From: an uncultured Nitrospiraceae bacterium
GTDB taxonomy: Bacteria; Nitrospirota; Nitrospiria; Nitrospirales; Nitrospiraceae
Reading direction: 5' to 3'
Length of the DNA stretch: 64,000 nucleotides
Assembly (NCBI GenBank): GCA_963730935.1
Contig: CAVSTP010000002.1
Span: forward strand, 1 to 64,000
The notes under the pieces are model-generated. The model saw only the letters and a program-made list of their open reading frames with translations. It was not told the DNA's origin and did not search any database. How positions within the stretch are numbered: the stretch's first letter is position 1; every line of letters starts with the position of its first letter. A program made the position numbers and the translations under genes. Positions 27,660-38,507 of this stretch are shown here, in pieces.

Positions 27660-28803
27660 AGTCGATTCGGCCTACGACGTTGGGTCGAACGATGCCCCGG
27701 AAGCCGAGGCCCGGCGTCATCCGGTAGTCCTTGAAACTGACATCTTTGAAATTGTTGAAGACCTGCCCGGTATCCAGAAACGGCGCAAACTCGAAATCGG
27801 CCGCGACGCCCGCGATCTTCGCCCTGGCCAGATGAATGCGCTCCTCGATGCTTGCGGCGATCAGATTCTTGTCGATGAACCGATCGACGCCGTAGCCTCT
27901 TAGATTGTTTTGTCCCCCCAAGGAACTCTGTTCAAAAAATGGAACTTGATCGCCGAGGGTGACCTGCAAATCGGCCCGTATCACCAGGATCGCGCGCTTG
28001 GATTCGCTCGGAAAGAGCTTCTTCACATCTAACTCATAGCGCGAATACACCGGCTTATCGCTGTTGCGCACGTTGTTATCAATTTCGGCATAAGCCGTGA
28101 TGGCCATCCCATCGGTTGGTGTCGTCAAATGGTTTCTCGTGTCGTAGTAAAAGGTTGCGCGGGTTCCAACGATAATTGTCTCGCCTTGTACCCCGGGAAC
28201 GGTTGGGAAGACATCTCCGGTGAAGGGCAGATCCGTCGCGCCTTCTTGCAGGCTCACCTGGCGGAAACGCTGGCTAACCGCGATCTGTGTGACCTCGTTG
28301 GCATAGACGCCGAAGCGCCAGTTCGCTCGGATTTCTCGGGCCGTATAGTTCGTTTCATTTCCCTCAACGGTGGTTTGACCAAGGCCGAAAAATCGAGACG
28401 TCGCGTTCTTGAAGAACGAGCCGCCGAAGTTGAGAAAATACCGTCCATTGCTAAAGGCCGGATCAGTGTAGTTGAAGAGCAGTTTGCGTTCGATTTTCTC
28501 GGAGAGCGAGGCGATGAATTGCATTGTCCGGCCACCCGTATCGTAGCGAAACAGGTTAAAGGTGCCTCTCCATCCCACGATGGTGTTTCTGATTAACATC
28601 GGAGCCATCAGATACTTCAGCTCCCCGTCCGGATCGGTGATCAGAATCGGCACGATCAGCCCGGCATCGCTCCCATCGTTCTTGGAACTCGAAACGGAGG
28701 GGATGGGGAAGATCTGTGTATCGGCCGCGGCCGGGCAAGCCCACAATGTCAGTCCCATAAGCAGGCATACAAGAAAGACGGCGATGCCGCGCAGGATCGT
28801 CAT
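27604..28803 (-). CDS. Omp85/BamA-TamA family barrel protein without obvious POTRA domains
   Basis: Signal peptide; 'YDTRN....PT.G', 'LGG.NNLRGY...RF', C-terminal 'FAGLDFPY'; only 399 aa. Confidence 0.8.
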   Translation of the reverse strand: MTILRGIAVFLVCLLMGLTLWACPAAADTQIFPIPSVSSSKNDGSDAGLIVPILITDPDGELKYLMAPMLIRNTIVGWRGTFNLFRYDTGGRTMQFIASLSEKIERKLLFNYTDPAFSNGRYFLNFGGSFFKNATSRFFGLGQTTVEGNETNYTAREIRANWRFGVYANEVTQIAVSQRFRQVSLQEGATDLPFTGDVFPTVPGVQGETIIVGTRATFYYDTRNHLTTPTDGMAITAYAEIDNNVRNSDKPVYSRYELDVKKLFPSESKRAILVIRADLQVTLGDQVPFFEQSSLGGQNNLRGYGVDRFIDKNLIAASIEERIHLARAKIAGVAADFEFAPFLDTGQVFNNFKDVSFKDYRMTPGLGFRGIVRPNVVGRIDYGFSKEGGAIFAGLDFPY

Positions 28804-28823
28804 GGGCGATCGGTTCGAGGCTG

Positions 28824-29468
28824 TTACGGAGATTTGATCTTTTCGGACTTCTTGCGGAGCTGCTCGACGAGGTCGGCGTAACTGCCGTTGCGGAGGATTT
28901 TGCTGAACTGCCCGCGATAATTATTCACGAGACTGACGCCGTCCACGACGACGTCATACACGCGCCAATCCGAGCCCTTGTGGAGCAGCCGATAATCGAG
29001 AGGAATCTCGGTCTTTCCCGTCAGGACTTTGGTCCGCACCTCGGCATACTCTTTTTCGTTCCGCTCGTTCACGTATTGCACACCCTCGCCTGAATAGGAC
29101 TCAATTTTGTCGGCGTAGGTGTTCACGAGCAGCGTCTGGAAGAGTGAGACGAATTCCATTTTGTCCTTCTCAGAGAGATTCGCCCATGGCGCGCCCATCG
29201 ACCGGCGGGACATTTCTTGGTAGTCAAACCGCTCCCCGACGGCCTTTTCCAGCAGCTGGCGGCGCTCGTTCGCCTTACTTGGCTGTTTGAGGTCCTTATC
29301 GGCCAGGATACGAAGGACTTCACTGATTGTGGCTCTCATGGCCTCGGTCGCTTCGCCGGCGTGCGCACGGTCGGCAGCAATGCCCGTCAACAGGACTGTC
29401 GCAACCACGACGAGTCCTCTCAGCCACGCTCCACCGGACTCCCGCTGCATGCACGCACCCATCTTCAT
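28824..29468 (-). CDS. mlaC: MlaC/HpnM/Ttg2D periplasmic lipid shuttle
   Basis: 'FDYQEMSR...G..W', 'WRVYDVVVDGVSLVNNYRGQF'. Confidence 0.9.
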   Translation of the reverse strand: MKMGACMQRESGGAWLRGLVVVATVLLTGIAADRAHAGEATEAMRATISEVLRILADKDLKQPSKANERRQLLEKAVGERFDYQEMSRRSMGAPWANLSEKDKMEFVSLFQTLLVNTYADKIESYSGEGVQYVNERNEKEYAEVRTKVLTGKTEIPLDYRLLHKGSDWRVYDVVVDGVSLVNNYRGQFSKILRNGSYADLVEQLRKKSEKIKSP

Positions 29469-29503
29469 AACAACCTCTCCCTTTTGCACATATGGCGACC
29501 CGG

Positions 29504-29947
29504 TCATTTCACATTACCATGGACGTACTGGCTCACCAACTCTTCGAGATCGAGACCGGACTCGGTGTCGCGGATGGTGTCGCCGGGCTTCAACGGATCG
29601 CCGCCTCCTCCGGGCGAAAGGGCCAGGAACTTCTCGCCGATGATGCCTCGCGTCTTGATTGACGCAATGGTGTCCGTATAGAGCTTGACCTTGTTGTCCA
29701 CGGCCAGAATCACGGCGGCCCGGTCCTCGTTCAAGGTAATCGCCCGAACGCGTCCGACCTCCACGCCAGCGATTTCGACCGAAGATCCGGCCTTCAATCC
29801 CGAGGCGGTGTTGAACTGTGCGATCACTTCATAGACGTTGCCGCCGATCAGCTCGAGTTTCCCGAGCTTGATCGAGAGATAGCCGAGACAGACAATGCCG
29901 ACCAGCACGAACACGCCGACGATGAATTCCAGTTTTATTTTTTCCAT
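29504..29947 (-). CDS. mlaD: MCE-domain protein MlaD
   Basis: 'F...SGLK.GS.V.IAGV.VGRV', 'IKTRGIIGEKFLAL.PGG'. Confidence 0.93.
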   Translation of the reverse strand: MEKIKLEFIVGVFVLVGIVCLGYLSIKLGKLELIGGNVYEVIAQFNTASGLKAGSSVEIAGVEVGRVRAITLNEDRAAVILAVDNKVKLYTDTIASIKTRGIIGEKFLALSPGGGGDPLKPGDTIRDTESGLDLEELVSQYVHGNVK

Positions 29948-29967
29948 TGGTGCGCTCCTTCGTCGTC

Positions 29968-30720
29968 TCAGCCAGCCACTTCTTTCAAACTTACGGGGCC
30001 GCTGACGGAAATGAACTCATGGATCTCCGGGTCGGTGGTCTTGACGAACTCAGCGGCCGGCGCCATCAGGGCAATCTTGCCTTTGCGCAGCATCGCCACC
30101 CAATCGCTGATGCCGAAAATTTCAGGGATCTCGTGACTAACCATGACGGCGGTAAATTTGAACCGCTGGTGCATGGCCACGATCAGGTCGTGAATCGATT
30201 TCGCCATCAAGGGGTCCAACCCGGTCGTCGGCTCATCAAACAAGATGATTTCAGGCTCCATCACCAGCGCGCGGGCCAAGCCTGCCCGTTTTTTCATCCC
30301 GCCGCTCAATTCAGCCGGATATTTATGCCCCATGCCGGCCAACCCGACTTGTTCAAGCTTCTCGTCCACCCGTCTGGACACTTCGGCGCCCTTCATGCGC
30401 AGCTTTTCCCGCAACGGGAATGCCACATTTTCAAAGACCGTCAACGAATCGAACAGCGCCGCCCCTTGAAACAACATCGCAAACCGTTTACGCACCTCAT
30501 TGAGGGCTTTCCCCCTCATTCGGCTGATTTCCATATCGCCGACCCAGACCTGGCCGCGGTCCGGCTGCAGGAGGCCGATCATGTGCTTCAAGAGCACGCT
30601 TTTCCCCTCACCACTTCTGCCGATGATCGTGGTCAGTTTGCCGGCTGGAATATCGAGATCAATCCCCTGCAGGACGCGCTGTCCGCCCAGCGTTTTTTCC
30701 ACCCCTACGAGTTTGATCAT
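29968..30720 (-). CDS. mlaF: ABC ATPase MlaF
   Basis: GRSGEGKS, 'LFQGAALFDS', LSGGM, 'DEPTTGLDP'. Confidence 0.93.
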   Translation of the reverse strand: MIKLVGVEKTLGGQRVLQGIDLDIPAGKLTTIIGRSGEGKSVLLKHMIGLLQPDRGQVWVGDMEISRMRGKALNEVRKRFAMLFQGAALFDSLTVFENVAFPLREKLRMKGAEVSRRVDEKLEQVGLAGMGHKYPAELSGGMKKRAGLARALVMEPEIILFDEPTTGLDPLMAKSIHDLIVAMHQRFKFTAVMVSHEIPEIFGISDWVAMLRKGKIALMAPAAEFVKTTDPEIHEFISVSGPVSLKEVAG

Positions 30721-30722
30721 GG

Positions 30723-31487
30723 CTACAGCAACACGGACGTAAGGAAATAGTCCCACACGAGAATCAACACCGAAGACAGCACGACCGCTTCCGTGGTCGC
30801 GGTGCCGAGTCCTTCGGCGCTCTGCCTGGTGAAAAATCCCTTGTAACAGCAGATCCAACTCACGATCAGGCCGAAACTGATCGATTTGAGAATGCCGCCG
30901 TAGACGTCTTTCCACTCCACAGCAGACGCGATCGAGTTCCAATATGCGCCTCCGTTGCCACCCAGGAGCTCGACGCCGACGAGATAGCCGCCGTAAATCC
31001 CTACGACATCGAAAATGGCGACGAGCAGCGGCACGCCGATCAACCCGGCCACCAGCTTCGGAGCGATCAGGTATTGCAGCGGGTTGATGGCCATCGTGTC
31101 CAGCGCGTCGATCTGCTCGGTGATCCGCATGATGCCGATTTCCGCCGTCATGGCGGACCCGGCCCTCGCCGTGACCATCAGTGCCGCCAAGACCGGTCCC
31201 AATTCCCGGATCATGCTCAAGGCGACCGCCGAGCCGAGCAACCCTTCCGATCCGAACTTGCGCAACGTGTAGTACCCTTGAAGCGCGAGGACCATCCCGG
31301 TAAACCCCGCCGTGAGCACAACGACGAAGGTCGATTTGTAGCCGATGAAGTGCAGCTGTTTGACGATCTGGACAAACCGCAAAGGCGGCCGCGTGAGCCA
31401 GGCAAAGGACGAGAGGACAAAGAGCAGCATGCGTCCCATTTCTTGAATCACCGATATGCCCCATTCACCAAGACGTGCGACCATCAT
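30723..31487 (-). CDS. mlaE: ABC permease MlaE
   Basis: 'RELGPVLAAL...RAGSAMTAEIG.MRITEQIDAL'; ATGA overlap with the hpnG-like stop. Confidence 0.93.
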   Translation of the reverse strand: MMVARLGEWGISVIQEMGRMLLFVLSSFAWLTRPPLRFVQIVKQLHFIGYKSTFVVVLTAGFTGMVLALQGYYTLRKFGSEGLLGSAVALSMIRELGPVLAALMVTARAGSAMTAEIGIMRITEQIDALDTMAINPLQYLIAPKLVAGLIGVPLLVAIFDVVGIYGGYLVGVELLGGNGGAYWNSIASAVEWKDVYGGILKSISFGLIVSWICCYKGFFTRQSAEGLGTATTEAVVLSSVLILVWDYFLTSVLL

Positions 31488-32299
31488 GCCCTTTCCGTGT
31501 GCGAGATCGGTGACAGCCCAAACCCGTTGGCGGCGCAGGCGGCGCAGAGGGCCGTGAGCCGCGCGGCTGCCAGACGGCTTTGTCGTCTGAGCCGATTGAG
31601 ACCGCTGAGACTCGATGGGGTCATGACCATCGCGCCGATTCCCCGCATCCAACCCCACGGTTTGAGGAACGCATTGAAATCCAGGGGGAGATCTTCCCCG
31701 GCCACGTCCGAGACCGTGCGGACGACGGCAAAGGGGACGCCCCGAGAGTGGGCCACTTGTCCGATCGCGGCACTCTCCATATCAAGCGCTATGGCGCCGG
31801 TGAGGCGACTGAGGTATTGCTTTTCGACCGCCCGACACACCACCGTCGGCAGCGAGACCACTGGACCGTTTCGCACTACCATTCCTATCTCTGTCGCAGC
31901 GGCTTGTACCGCGGGCAGCACCGTCTCCGCGCAGACGATCGGTGTTCCGGCCTGACTCCAGACCTCATCGAGTCTCCCCGATACGACGCTGGTCGCCACG
32001 ATCACATCTCCGATCGCCGCCGCGGGCATGAGCGCGCCGGCAAATCCAGCGGAAATCGCCAAGGCCGCGCGATGCCGATTCAAGACCGCGCTCGCCGCGG
32101 CGTCCGCCGCCTCCGGTCCGAGGCCCGTGGGAACAAGCCAATAAGCTCGACCGGCATGCCGGCCGGTGAAACAGCTGACACCGTCGATGGCGATCCGTCG
32201 TTCGACGGGCATGGCGCGCCGTATGGCGGCCAACTCCCATCGTGTCGCGGCGAACAGAACGACGGTACTGGAAGAGGAAATCACCGAAGGATTGGGCAT
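31484..32299 (-). CDS. hpnG: nucleoside phosphorylase/nucleosidase, HpnG-like
   Basis: 'TGLG', 'ISAGFAGAL', 'LDMESAA', 'RTVSD'; directly downstream of shc. Confidence 0.75.
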   Translation of the reverse strand: MPNPSVISSSSTVVLFAATRWELAAIRRAMPVERRIAIDGVSCFTGRHAGRAYWLVPTGLGPEAADAAASAVLNRHRAALAISAGFAGALMPAAAIGDVIVATSVVSGRLDEVWSQAGTPIVCAETVLPAVQAAATEIGMVVRNGPVVSLPTVVCRAVEKQYLSRLTGAIALDMESAAIGQVAHSRGVPFAVVRTVSDVAGEDLPLDFNAFLKPWGWMRGIGAMVMTPSSLSGLNRLRRQSRLAAARLTALCAACAANGFGLSPISHTERA

Positions 32300-32326
32300 C
32301 AATGAATGACGTCGGCCGACGTTGGC

Positions 32327-34489
32327 TCAACGATCGAACCGGTAGCACCCAGTCGTCAGCATTTGATCCCGCACTTCGTCGGCTCGCATTCTGCTGCGCG
32401 TTCGCAGATTGCGATACATCGCGAGTGCCCATAGTGGGAAATACTGACAGTACCAGTGATAGCGAAGGTAGAACACTCGGGGGAACCCGGTACCAGTATG
32501 CCGCACCTCTTCCCACGAACCGTCCTTCATCTGATGGCGAAGCAGGTAGTGAATGCCCCTCGCCACGCTGAATGAGTCCGACATGCCGGCCGACATGAGT
32601 CCGAGCAGGGCCCAGGCCGTTTGCGACGGAGCGCTATCGCCTTTGCCGGCGAAGGCCGGATCCCCATAGGACAGACACGACTCGCCCCACCCGCCGTCCG
32701 GATTTTGTCTGGATTCGAGCCAAGTGACCGCACGCCGGATATACGGCTGTGACAGGTCTTCACCGATTGCACGAAGACCGGCAAGCACGGACCAGGTGCC
32801 ATAGATGTAGTTCACGCCCCAGCGCCCGTACCAACTGCCGTCCAGCTCTTGTTCATGCTTGAGGAACGCGAGCGCCGGTGCCACGGCCGAATGCGACCGG
32901 TCATACCCAAGGGCGGCCAGCATTTCCAGACATCGTCCGGTCAAATCGGCGGTGCTAGGATCGAGCAACGCATGGTGATCGGCAAAGGGGATATAGTTGA
33001 AGACGATCCGATTATTGTCCTTGTCGTAGGCGCCCCACCCGCCGTCGGAGCCTTGCATCGCCACCACCCATGCGGCGCCCCGTCGAATCGAGTCCTGAAG
33101 CTCGGCCGGCTCGGGCATCTTCACCTTGGACAGCGCCATCAGCACCACCGCCGAATCATCGACATCGGGGTAGAGCTCATTTTCGTGCTGGAAGTACCAT
33201 CCGCCTGGTTCGGCCTGCGGAGCGGAGACGATCCAGTCGCCAACGGTCTTCGTCTGCCGCGACATCAAATACGCGGCTCCTCGCTGCAACACCGGATGGT
33301 CCTGCGGCATGCCGGCCTCGACGAACGCGTTCATTAGGAGCGACGTATCCCAAATCGGCGAGTGGCACGGCTGCAAATGCAAGGCCTCGAGCCGTTGATC
33401 GCCGATGGACACCATATCGTAGATTTCGAGATCTTCGATTTCCCTGAGCGCCTTGCGCACCAAAGGATCGTCGGCCTGATAACCCAGGCACTGCAGCGCC
33501 ATGATGGAATTCGCCATGGCCGGATAGATCGCCCCCAACCCGCCGCTGCCTTTGATATGTTCCAGCATCCATGTCGCGGCGCGATGCAACGCCTTTTCGC
33601 GCAACCACATGAGCGGCATGTGGTCATAGAGTTTGAGCATTGCATCCAAGGCCACGAAGATGTTGTGCGGCGTGAGCCATTTTTGGTCTTTGTTGAACGG
33701 TGGATATTTCCAATAGCGAAGCTCGGTGCGGGGCACTGAATACAATTCCTCGATCCCCTGCTCCTTCGGGATGCGGCAGACCGGGCGGTGTGCGAACACG
33801 ATCAGCAATGGAATCAATACGGCCCGGGACCAATACGAGATCGCGTAGATGTTGAAGTAGAACCACTTGGGAAGGAACATCAGCTCGACCGGCATGTGCG
33901 GGATGCCTTCCCAATCGTATTGGTCGAACAGGGCCAGCGTGACTTTGGTGAACACATTCGCCTGGACAACGCCGCCTTTCTGACGGATGCAATTTCGTGC
34001 GCGCAGCATGAACGGTTCGTCCCCCGAAATGCCGCTGAGCTTGAGCGCGAAATAGGCCTTGACCGACGCGCTGATTTCCGAGGGACCGCCGTAGTAAATG
34101 GGCCAGCCCCCGTCCGGCAACTGTGCGGCGCGCAAATACCGGACGGCTTTGCGTTCGCGCTCAGGGTCCACGCGATCCAGTAAACGCCTGAGCATGAGAT
34201 ATTCCGCGGTCAGCGTGGTGTCGGCTTCAAGCTCCGCGACCCAATAGCCGTCCGCATGTTGCCGTGACAGAAACCAGGCTTGGCTGCGGCGCACGGCATC
34301 GTCGATGGCATCGAGCTGACTGCCCGCCTGCGCGGTGGCACGCCGGGATGGGGTCTCGAGGGCGATCGCCGACTTGTCGGAGACGAGGCGCAACGATGGC
34401 GGCGAAAGAGGTTCGGTACTGAACTTGTCTGGGACAGAAAGGAAAAAACTATCGGACAGGCGGTCGAGGATAGTTCGAATCAGATTCAT
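32327..34489 (-). CDS. shc: squalene-hopene cyclase
   Basis: DVDD motif ('YPDVDDSA'); QW repeats (Q.DGGW, Q.DGSW); 'HTGTGFP.VFYL.Y'. Confidence 0.97.
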   Translation of the reverse strand: MNLIRTILDRLSDSFFLSVPDKFSTEPLSPPSLRLVSDKSAIALETPSRRATAQAGSQLDAIDDAVRRSQAWFLSRQHADGYWVAELEADTTLTAEYLMLRRLLDRVDPERERKAVRYLRAAQLPDGGWPIYYGGPSEISASVKAYFALKLSGISGDEPFMLRARNCIRQKGGVVQANVFTKVTLALFDQYDWEGIPHMPVELMFLPKWFYFNIYAISYWSRAVLIPLLIVFAHRPVCRIPKEQGIEELYSVPRTELRYWKYPPFNKDQKWLTPHNIFVALDAMLKLYDHMPLMWLREKALHRAATWMLEHIKGSGGLGAIYPAMANSIMALQCLGYQADDPLVRKALREIEDLEIYDMVSIGDQRLEALHLQPCHSPIWDTSLLMNAFVEAGMPQDHPVLQRGAAYLMSRQTKTVGDWIVSAPQAEPGGWYFQHENELYPDVDDSAVVLMALSKVKMPEPAELQDSIRRGAAWVVAMQGSDGGWGAYDKDNNRIVFNYIPFADHHALLDPSTADLTGRCLEMLAALGYDRSHSAVAPALAFLKHEQELDGSWYGRWGVNYIYGTWSVLAGLRAIGEDLSQPYIRRAVTWLESRQNPDGGWGESCLSYGDPAFAGKGDSAPSQTAWALLGLMSAGMSDSFSVARGIHYLLRHQMKDGSWEEVRHTGTGFPRVFYLRYHWYCQYFPLWALAMYRNLRTRSRMRADEVRDQMLTTGCYRFDR

Positions 34490-34605
34490 GGGTTTTGAAG
34501 GGGCACGCACCGCAGTGGCGAGAACCCGAGACCTCAGATGGTTGCCTCTGGCCCCGCGGCACAGCAAGACATGTGACCCACCCACTTCTGGTTCTCGTTC
34601 GAGGG

Positions 34606-34634
34606 GATATAGCAGACGGTCTGACCGAAGTCAA
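34606..34634 (-). promoter_or_regulatory. sigma70-like promoter of shc
   Basis: TTGACT-17-TATATC with extended TG. Confidence 0.5.
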
Positions 34635-34691
34635 GCAAACGAACGCGGAAGTCCTCTGAACTATGGGGGTTTTTGCCAGGTCTGTGTGTCC

Positions 34692-37600
34692 TCAAGCGGG
34701 CTGCAGATCGCTCAGCCGCACCGAAACGAGTTTTGAGATGCCGGGTTCCTCCATCGTGACCCCGAAGAGCGAGTCGGCAATCCCCATCGTCCGCTTGTTG
34801 TGAGTAATCACCATGAACTGGGCCCCTTGGGCTAGTTCGCAGAGCACAGTGGTGAACCGCCCGATATTCTCTTCGTCGAGCGGAGCGTCGATTTCGTCTA
34901 GGATACAGAACGGCGTGGGTCGGATGAGGAAGCTGGCAAACAGCAGCGCCATGGCCGTCAACGTCTTCTCTCCCCCGGACAGCATCGTGATGTTCTTCAG
35001 TCGTTTTCCCGGAGGTTGTGCGACGATCTCGACGCCGGGCTCCTGCGGCCCCTTCTGCTCCGCCTCTTCGTCCGGCGCCACCTCGACCAATTGCAGCTCA
35101 GCCCGGCCGCCGCGGAAAAACTTGGCAAACACTTCACTGAACTTTTCCTGGAGTTCGGCGAAGGTCGTAGCGAACATGTCTTTGGTCGTTCGGTTGATCC
35201 GTTGAATGATTTCCTTGAGCGATCCAATGGAAGTCGACAGATCCTGCTCCTGGGTCGACAAAAACCGGTGCCGCTCCTCCAGTTCCTGATGTTCATTGAT
35301 CGCGGCCAGATTGATCGGCCCCATGCGCTCGAGCCGCTCTCGGATCTTCTGCAGTTGTTGTCGCAGCTCTTCTTCCGTTGGGGAGGGTTGGGACGGCTCG
35401 TCCTCGCTGAGAAGGACGGGCGTGCCGGATTCCTCGATCGTTGCCGGATCCACCTGGTAGGTCCCTGACAAGGTCGATTCCACGGTCGCCAATTGTGTCC
35501 GGACCTCCGCTCGTTTCACTTCAATAATGAGACGAGATTCCTGGAGGCCCGAAAGCGTCTTCCGCACCTCGTCCAGGTTGGATTCCACCGCCTGAGCCTG
35601 CGCCATTTCCCGGGCCTGCCGCTCCTGCTCCTCCACTAACTGCGCCTTCAGGCGGTCCATCGAGTGGCCGATCTCGCGGCACAAGGTCTCCTGCCGCTCG
35701 CGCTCTGCGCGGCTCTGGGCCAGAGAAGCGGCCAAGGTTTCGACATGCTGATTCAAACTCTCGATTCGTCCGACCGTCTCCTGCTGTTCCTGGTGGACGC
35801 GCCCCAGATCAGCCTGGCGGTGTTCGCGTGTATTGCGGGTCCCCTGTACGCTCAGCTGAGCTTCCGTCAACCGTTGCTGCAGCTGATGCATCCCCTGATC
35901 CAACTGCGCGACCCGGCTGCGCACCGCCTGCAGTGCACCTTCCTGTCCGGTTTTTTCGGCGATCCATTGTGCCAACTGTGCCTGACCTGAGCGCGCGTCC
36001 TGCTCGAGGCGCTGGATTTCCAGAGAGCCCCGCTGCGCATCCCCCATCAACGTTTCGATCCGCTGAGTGAGATCTCCTAAGAACAGCTGCAATCCCGACG
36101 CATCCTTGTGCAGCGACAGGGCCTTCATTTCTTCTTCGCGCAAGGTTTCCGCAAGACGCCGCCCCTCCTCGCGCAACGATTGGCTCTGCGTCTGGAGCTC
36201 TTCCCGTCGTTGCCGGGCATGCTCCACTGCCGCGCTTAACGCCGTTCGCCGCTCCTCCAATTGCATCACTTCCCGACGGCGCTGCAAGAGTCCGCCGGTG
36301 GCGCCGGCCTGCCCGCCGGTCACCATTCCGGCCGCATCCAGGATCTCTCCGGCACGCGTGACGAACGTGGGCCCCTGGAGTTCGCCCCAGGACTTCTGCT
36401 CCCAGAGCGCCATCGCATCGTGCAATGTCTCGATGAACACCACGCCGTCGAACAGGTAATCGCGCGCGGCGACGCGCGAGCTATTGACCTCGATCAAATC
36501 GATCGCCCGCCCGATAATTCCTGGACGGTCCGCAAGCGCAGTCCACCACTCGTTCGACCTGGCGTTGACGGTCCATCGCGGTGTTTCGGGAATGAAGGTT
36601 CCGCGGCCGAGCTCTTTCTCGAGAAGAAAGGCGATGGCGCCGGAAGCGGACTGCGGCCCTTCGACACACCAGCCGCGGACGCGTTCTCCGAGGAGTGCTT
36701 CGACCCCCCGGTCCAAACCAGACGGCACGATCAACCATTCGGCCACCGCCTCCTGCACGCCTTGGCACGCCTTGAGCGCCGTCGTTTCTTCATTTCCAGG
36801 TCGGCCATAGCCCATGTCTTCCCGCAACACTCCCTGGAGTGCGCGGAGGTGCGACTCGACCGCCGCCAATTCCTCCGATTGCCCGGACAACGCCTGTTCG
36901 ACGGCCGTCAGGTCGCCCGCAATGGCCGTGGCATGCTGTTCCGTGTCTTGATGCTGCCGGCGGAGATCGAGCACGATCTGTTCGGCCGCCTGGCAAGCTT
37001 CCTGGAGCTGCTGCTGCTTGTCGAGGGCGGTGTCGTGCTGAGATTGAATGTCTTCTCGCTCGCGGGCGAGCCGCCCGTCACGGGCCGCGACCTCCTCGGT
37101 GCGGGCGGTTAACTGCACCACGCTTTGCTCGGCATTCGCCACTAAGACGGTCAAATTCAATACGTCCGTCCGGCCCCGCTCTTCCTCCTGCAGCGCCGCG
37201 GCCCGTTGCTGCAGCAAGCCTTTCATCTCGTGGTCCAGGGCGCCAAGCGCCTGCTCGCGTTCGTGGAAGTCCCGTTCAAGACGTTCCAGTTCCGTCAGCA
37301 AGGCGGCCTCGGCTTCCTTGGCCTGCGCTTGTTCGCGCGACAGCCGTTCACATTCTTCAAGGCCCTGCTGTCGCTGTTGTTCGTAGAGCTCGCTTTTATT
37401 CCGCTCGACTTCGGCAGCCGTCAGGGCTTGTGCCTGCTGCTGCTCGACTTGCGACACTTCTTCGCGCCGCTGATTGATCGCTAGACCGGCGTCTGTAATC
37501 GCCAATTTGATGCGTTCGAGTTCCGCGTGGAAGCGCGCCTGGTGAGCCGTCTGCTCGGATTCCTGTCCAGCCAGAGTCTCGAGCTCTCGCTCGATATCCG

Positions 37601-38351
37601 CAATCGTGCCGCGCAACCTGAGCAGTTCGTTCGTGAGCAATTGCACTTCGAGCGTCCGTGCTTCCTGCTGCAGCACTTGATACGACCGAGCCTGGCGCGC
37701 CTGCCGCTCCAGCGAGTTCAACTGCTTTTTGACTTCGGCGATGATGTCGCGGACGCGAAGGAGGTTTTGCTGCGTCGCATCCAATTTCCGAAGAGCCTCC
37801 GCTTTCTGTTTCTTATAGCGGACGATGCCGGCGGTTTCTTCGATCAGCTCACGGCGGTCCTGGGGCGAGGCATTGAGAATCTGGTCGATCTGTCCCTGGG
37901 CGATGACCGTGTGTCCCTTGGTTCCTGCCCTGGTATCGAGCAGGATGCTGCGGATGTCCTTCAAGCGGCACTGGGTCTTGTTGATGAGATATTCGCTGTC
38001 GCCGTTGCGATAGAGACGTCGCGTGATCATCAGGTCCTGGTATTCCGACAATTGGCTCGGCAGACCGTTCTGCCCTTGTACTTTGACCTGATCGAGCCCG
38101 CTGATCACCAACGACACCTCGGCCATCCCCAAGGGCTTCCGCAATTCGGTGCCATTGAAGATGACGTCTTCCATCTTTTCACTACGCAAAGTCTTGGTGC
38201 TCTGTTCTCCCAGCACCCAGAGGATCGCATCCACGACGTTGCTCTTGCCGCTTCCGTTCGGACCGACGATCGCCGTCACGCCGTTGGGAAACTCGATCCG
38301 GGCTTCGGCGAACGACTTAAACCCCACCATCTCAAGCGACTTGAGATACAT
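34692..38351 (-). CDS. smc: chromosome segregation protein SMC
   Basis: 'GFKSF', GPNGSGKSN, coiled coils, hinge, LSGGE, 'LDEIDAPLD'. Confidence 0.97.
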   Translation of the reverse strand: MYLKSLEMVGFKSFAEARIEFPNGVTAIVGPNGSGKSNVVDAILWVLGEQSTKTLRSEKMEDVIFNGTELRKPLGMAEVSLVISGLDQVKVQGQNGLPSQLSEYQDLMITRRLYRNGDSEYLINKTQCRLKDIRSILLDTRAGTKGHTVIAQGQIDQILNASPQDRRELIEETAGIVRYKKQKAEALRKLDATQQNLLRVRDIIAEVKKQLNSLERQARQARSYQVLQQEARTLEVQLLTNELLRLRGTIADIERELETLAGQESEQTAHQARFHAELERIKLAITDAGLAINQRREEVSQVEQQQAQALTAAEVERNKSELYEQQRQQGLEECERLSREQAQAKEAEAALLTELERLERDFHEREQALGALDHEMKGLLQQRAAALQEEERGRTDVLNLTVLVANAEQSVVQLTARTEEVAARDGRLAREREDIQSQHDTALDKQQQLQEACQAAEQIVLDLRRQHQDTEQHATAIAGDLTAVEQALSGQSEELAAVESHLRALQGVLREDMGYGRPGNEETTALKACQGVQEAVAEWLIVPSGLDRGVEALLGERVRGWCVEGPQSASGAIAFLLEKELGRGTFIPETPRWTVNARSNEWWTALADRPGIIGRAIDLIEVNSSRVAARDYLFDGVVFIETLHDAMALWEQKSWGELQGPTFVTRAGEILDAAGMVTGGQAGATGGLLQRRREVMQLEERRTALSAAVEHARQRREELQTQSQSLREEGRRLAETLREEEMKALSLHKDASGLQLFLGDLTQRIETLMGDAQRGSLEIQRLEQDARSGQAQLAQWIAEKTGQEGALQAVRSRVAQLDQGMHQLQQRLTEAQLSVQGTRNTREHRQADLGRVHQEQQETVGRIESLNQHVETLAASLAQSRAERERQETLCREIGHSMDRLKAQLVEEQERQAREMAQAQAVESNLDEVRKTLSGLQESRLIIEVKRAEVRTQLATVESTLSGTYQVDPATIEESGTPVLLSEDEPSQPSPTEEELRQQLQKIRERLERMGPINLAAINEHQELEERHRFLSTQEQDLSTSIGSLKEIIQRINRTTKDMFATTFAELQEKFSEVFAKFFRGGRAELQLVEVAPDEEAEQKGPQEPGVEIVAQPPGKRLKNITMLSGGEKTLTAMALLFASFLIRPTPFCILDEIDAPLDEENIGRFTTVLCELAQGAQFMVITHNKRTMGIADSLFGVTMEEPGISKLVSVRLSDLQPA

Positions 38352-38507
38352 GCCCTGCTCCTTTGGTAGTTGATCGGATGGCGACAAGACCAGGCGAGAT
38401 CACGGACGGGTTATGTAGCACAGCCCTGGAGAGAAATCAAAGAAAAATACCGCAGGTAGTGGATGGCCTGGAGACCAACTACAACATTTGGGGAAGGCTG
38501 AGAAGGG

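Noticed and set aside
29968..31464. 498-aa extended MlaF and similar long N-terminal extensions in the ORF track (ahcY 52660, resB 51475, shc 34585)
   Set aside because: Extensions overlap neighbouring genes or promoters; downstream starts match family N-termini
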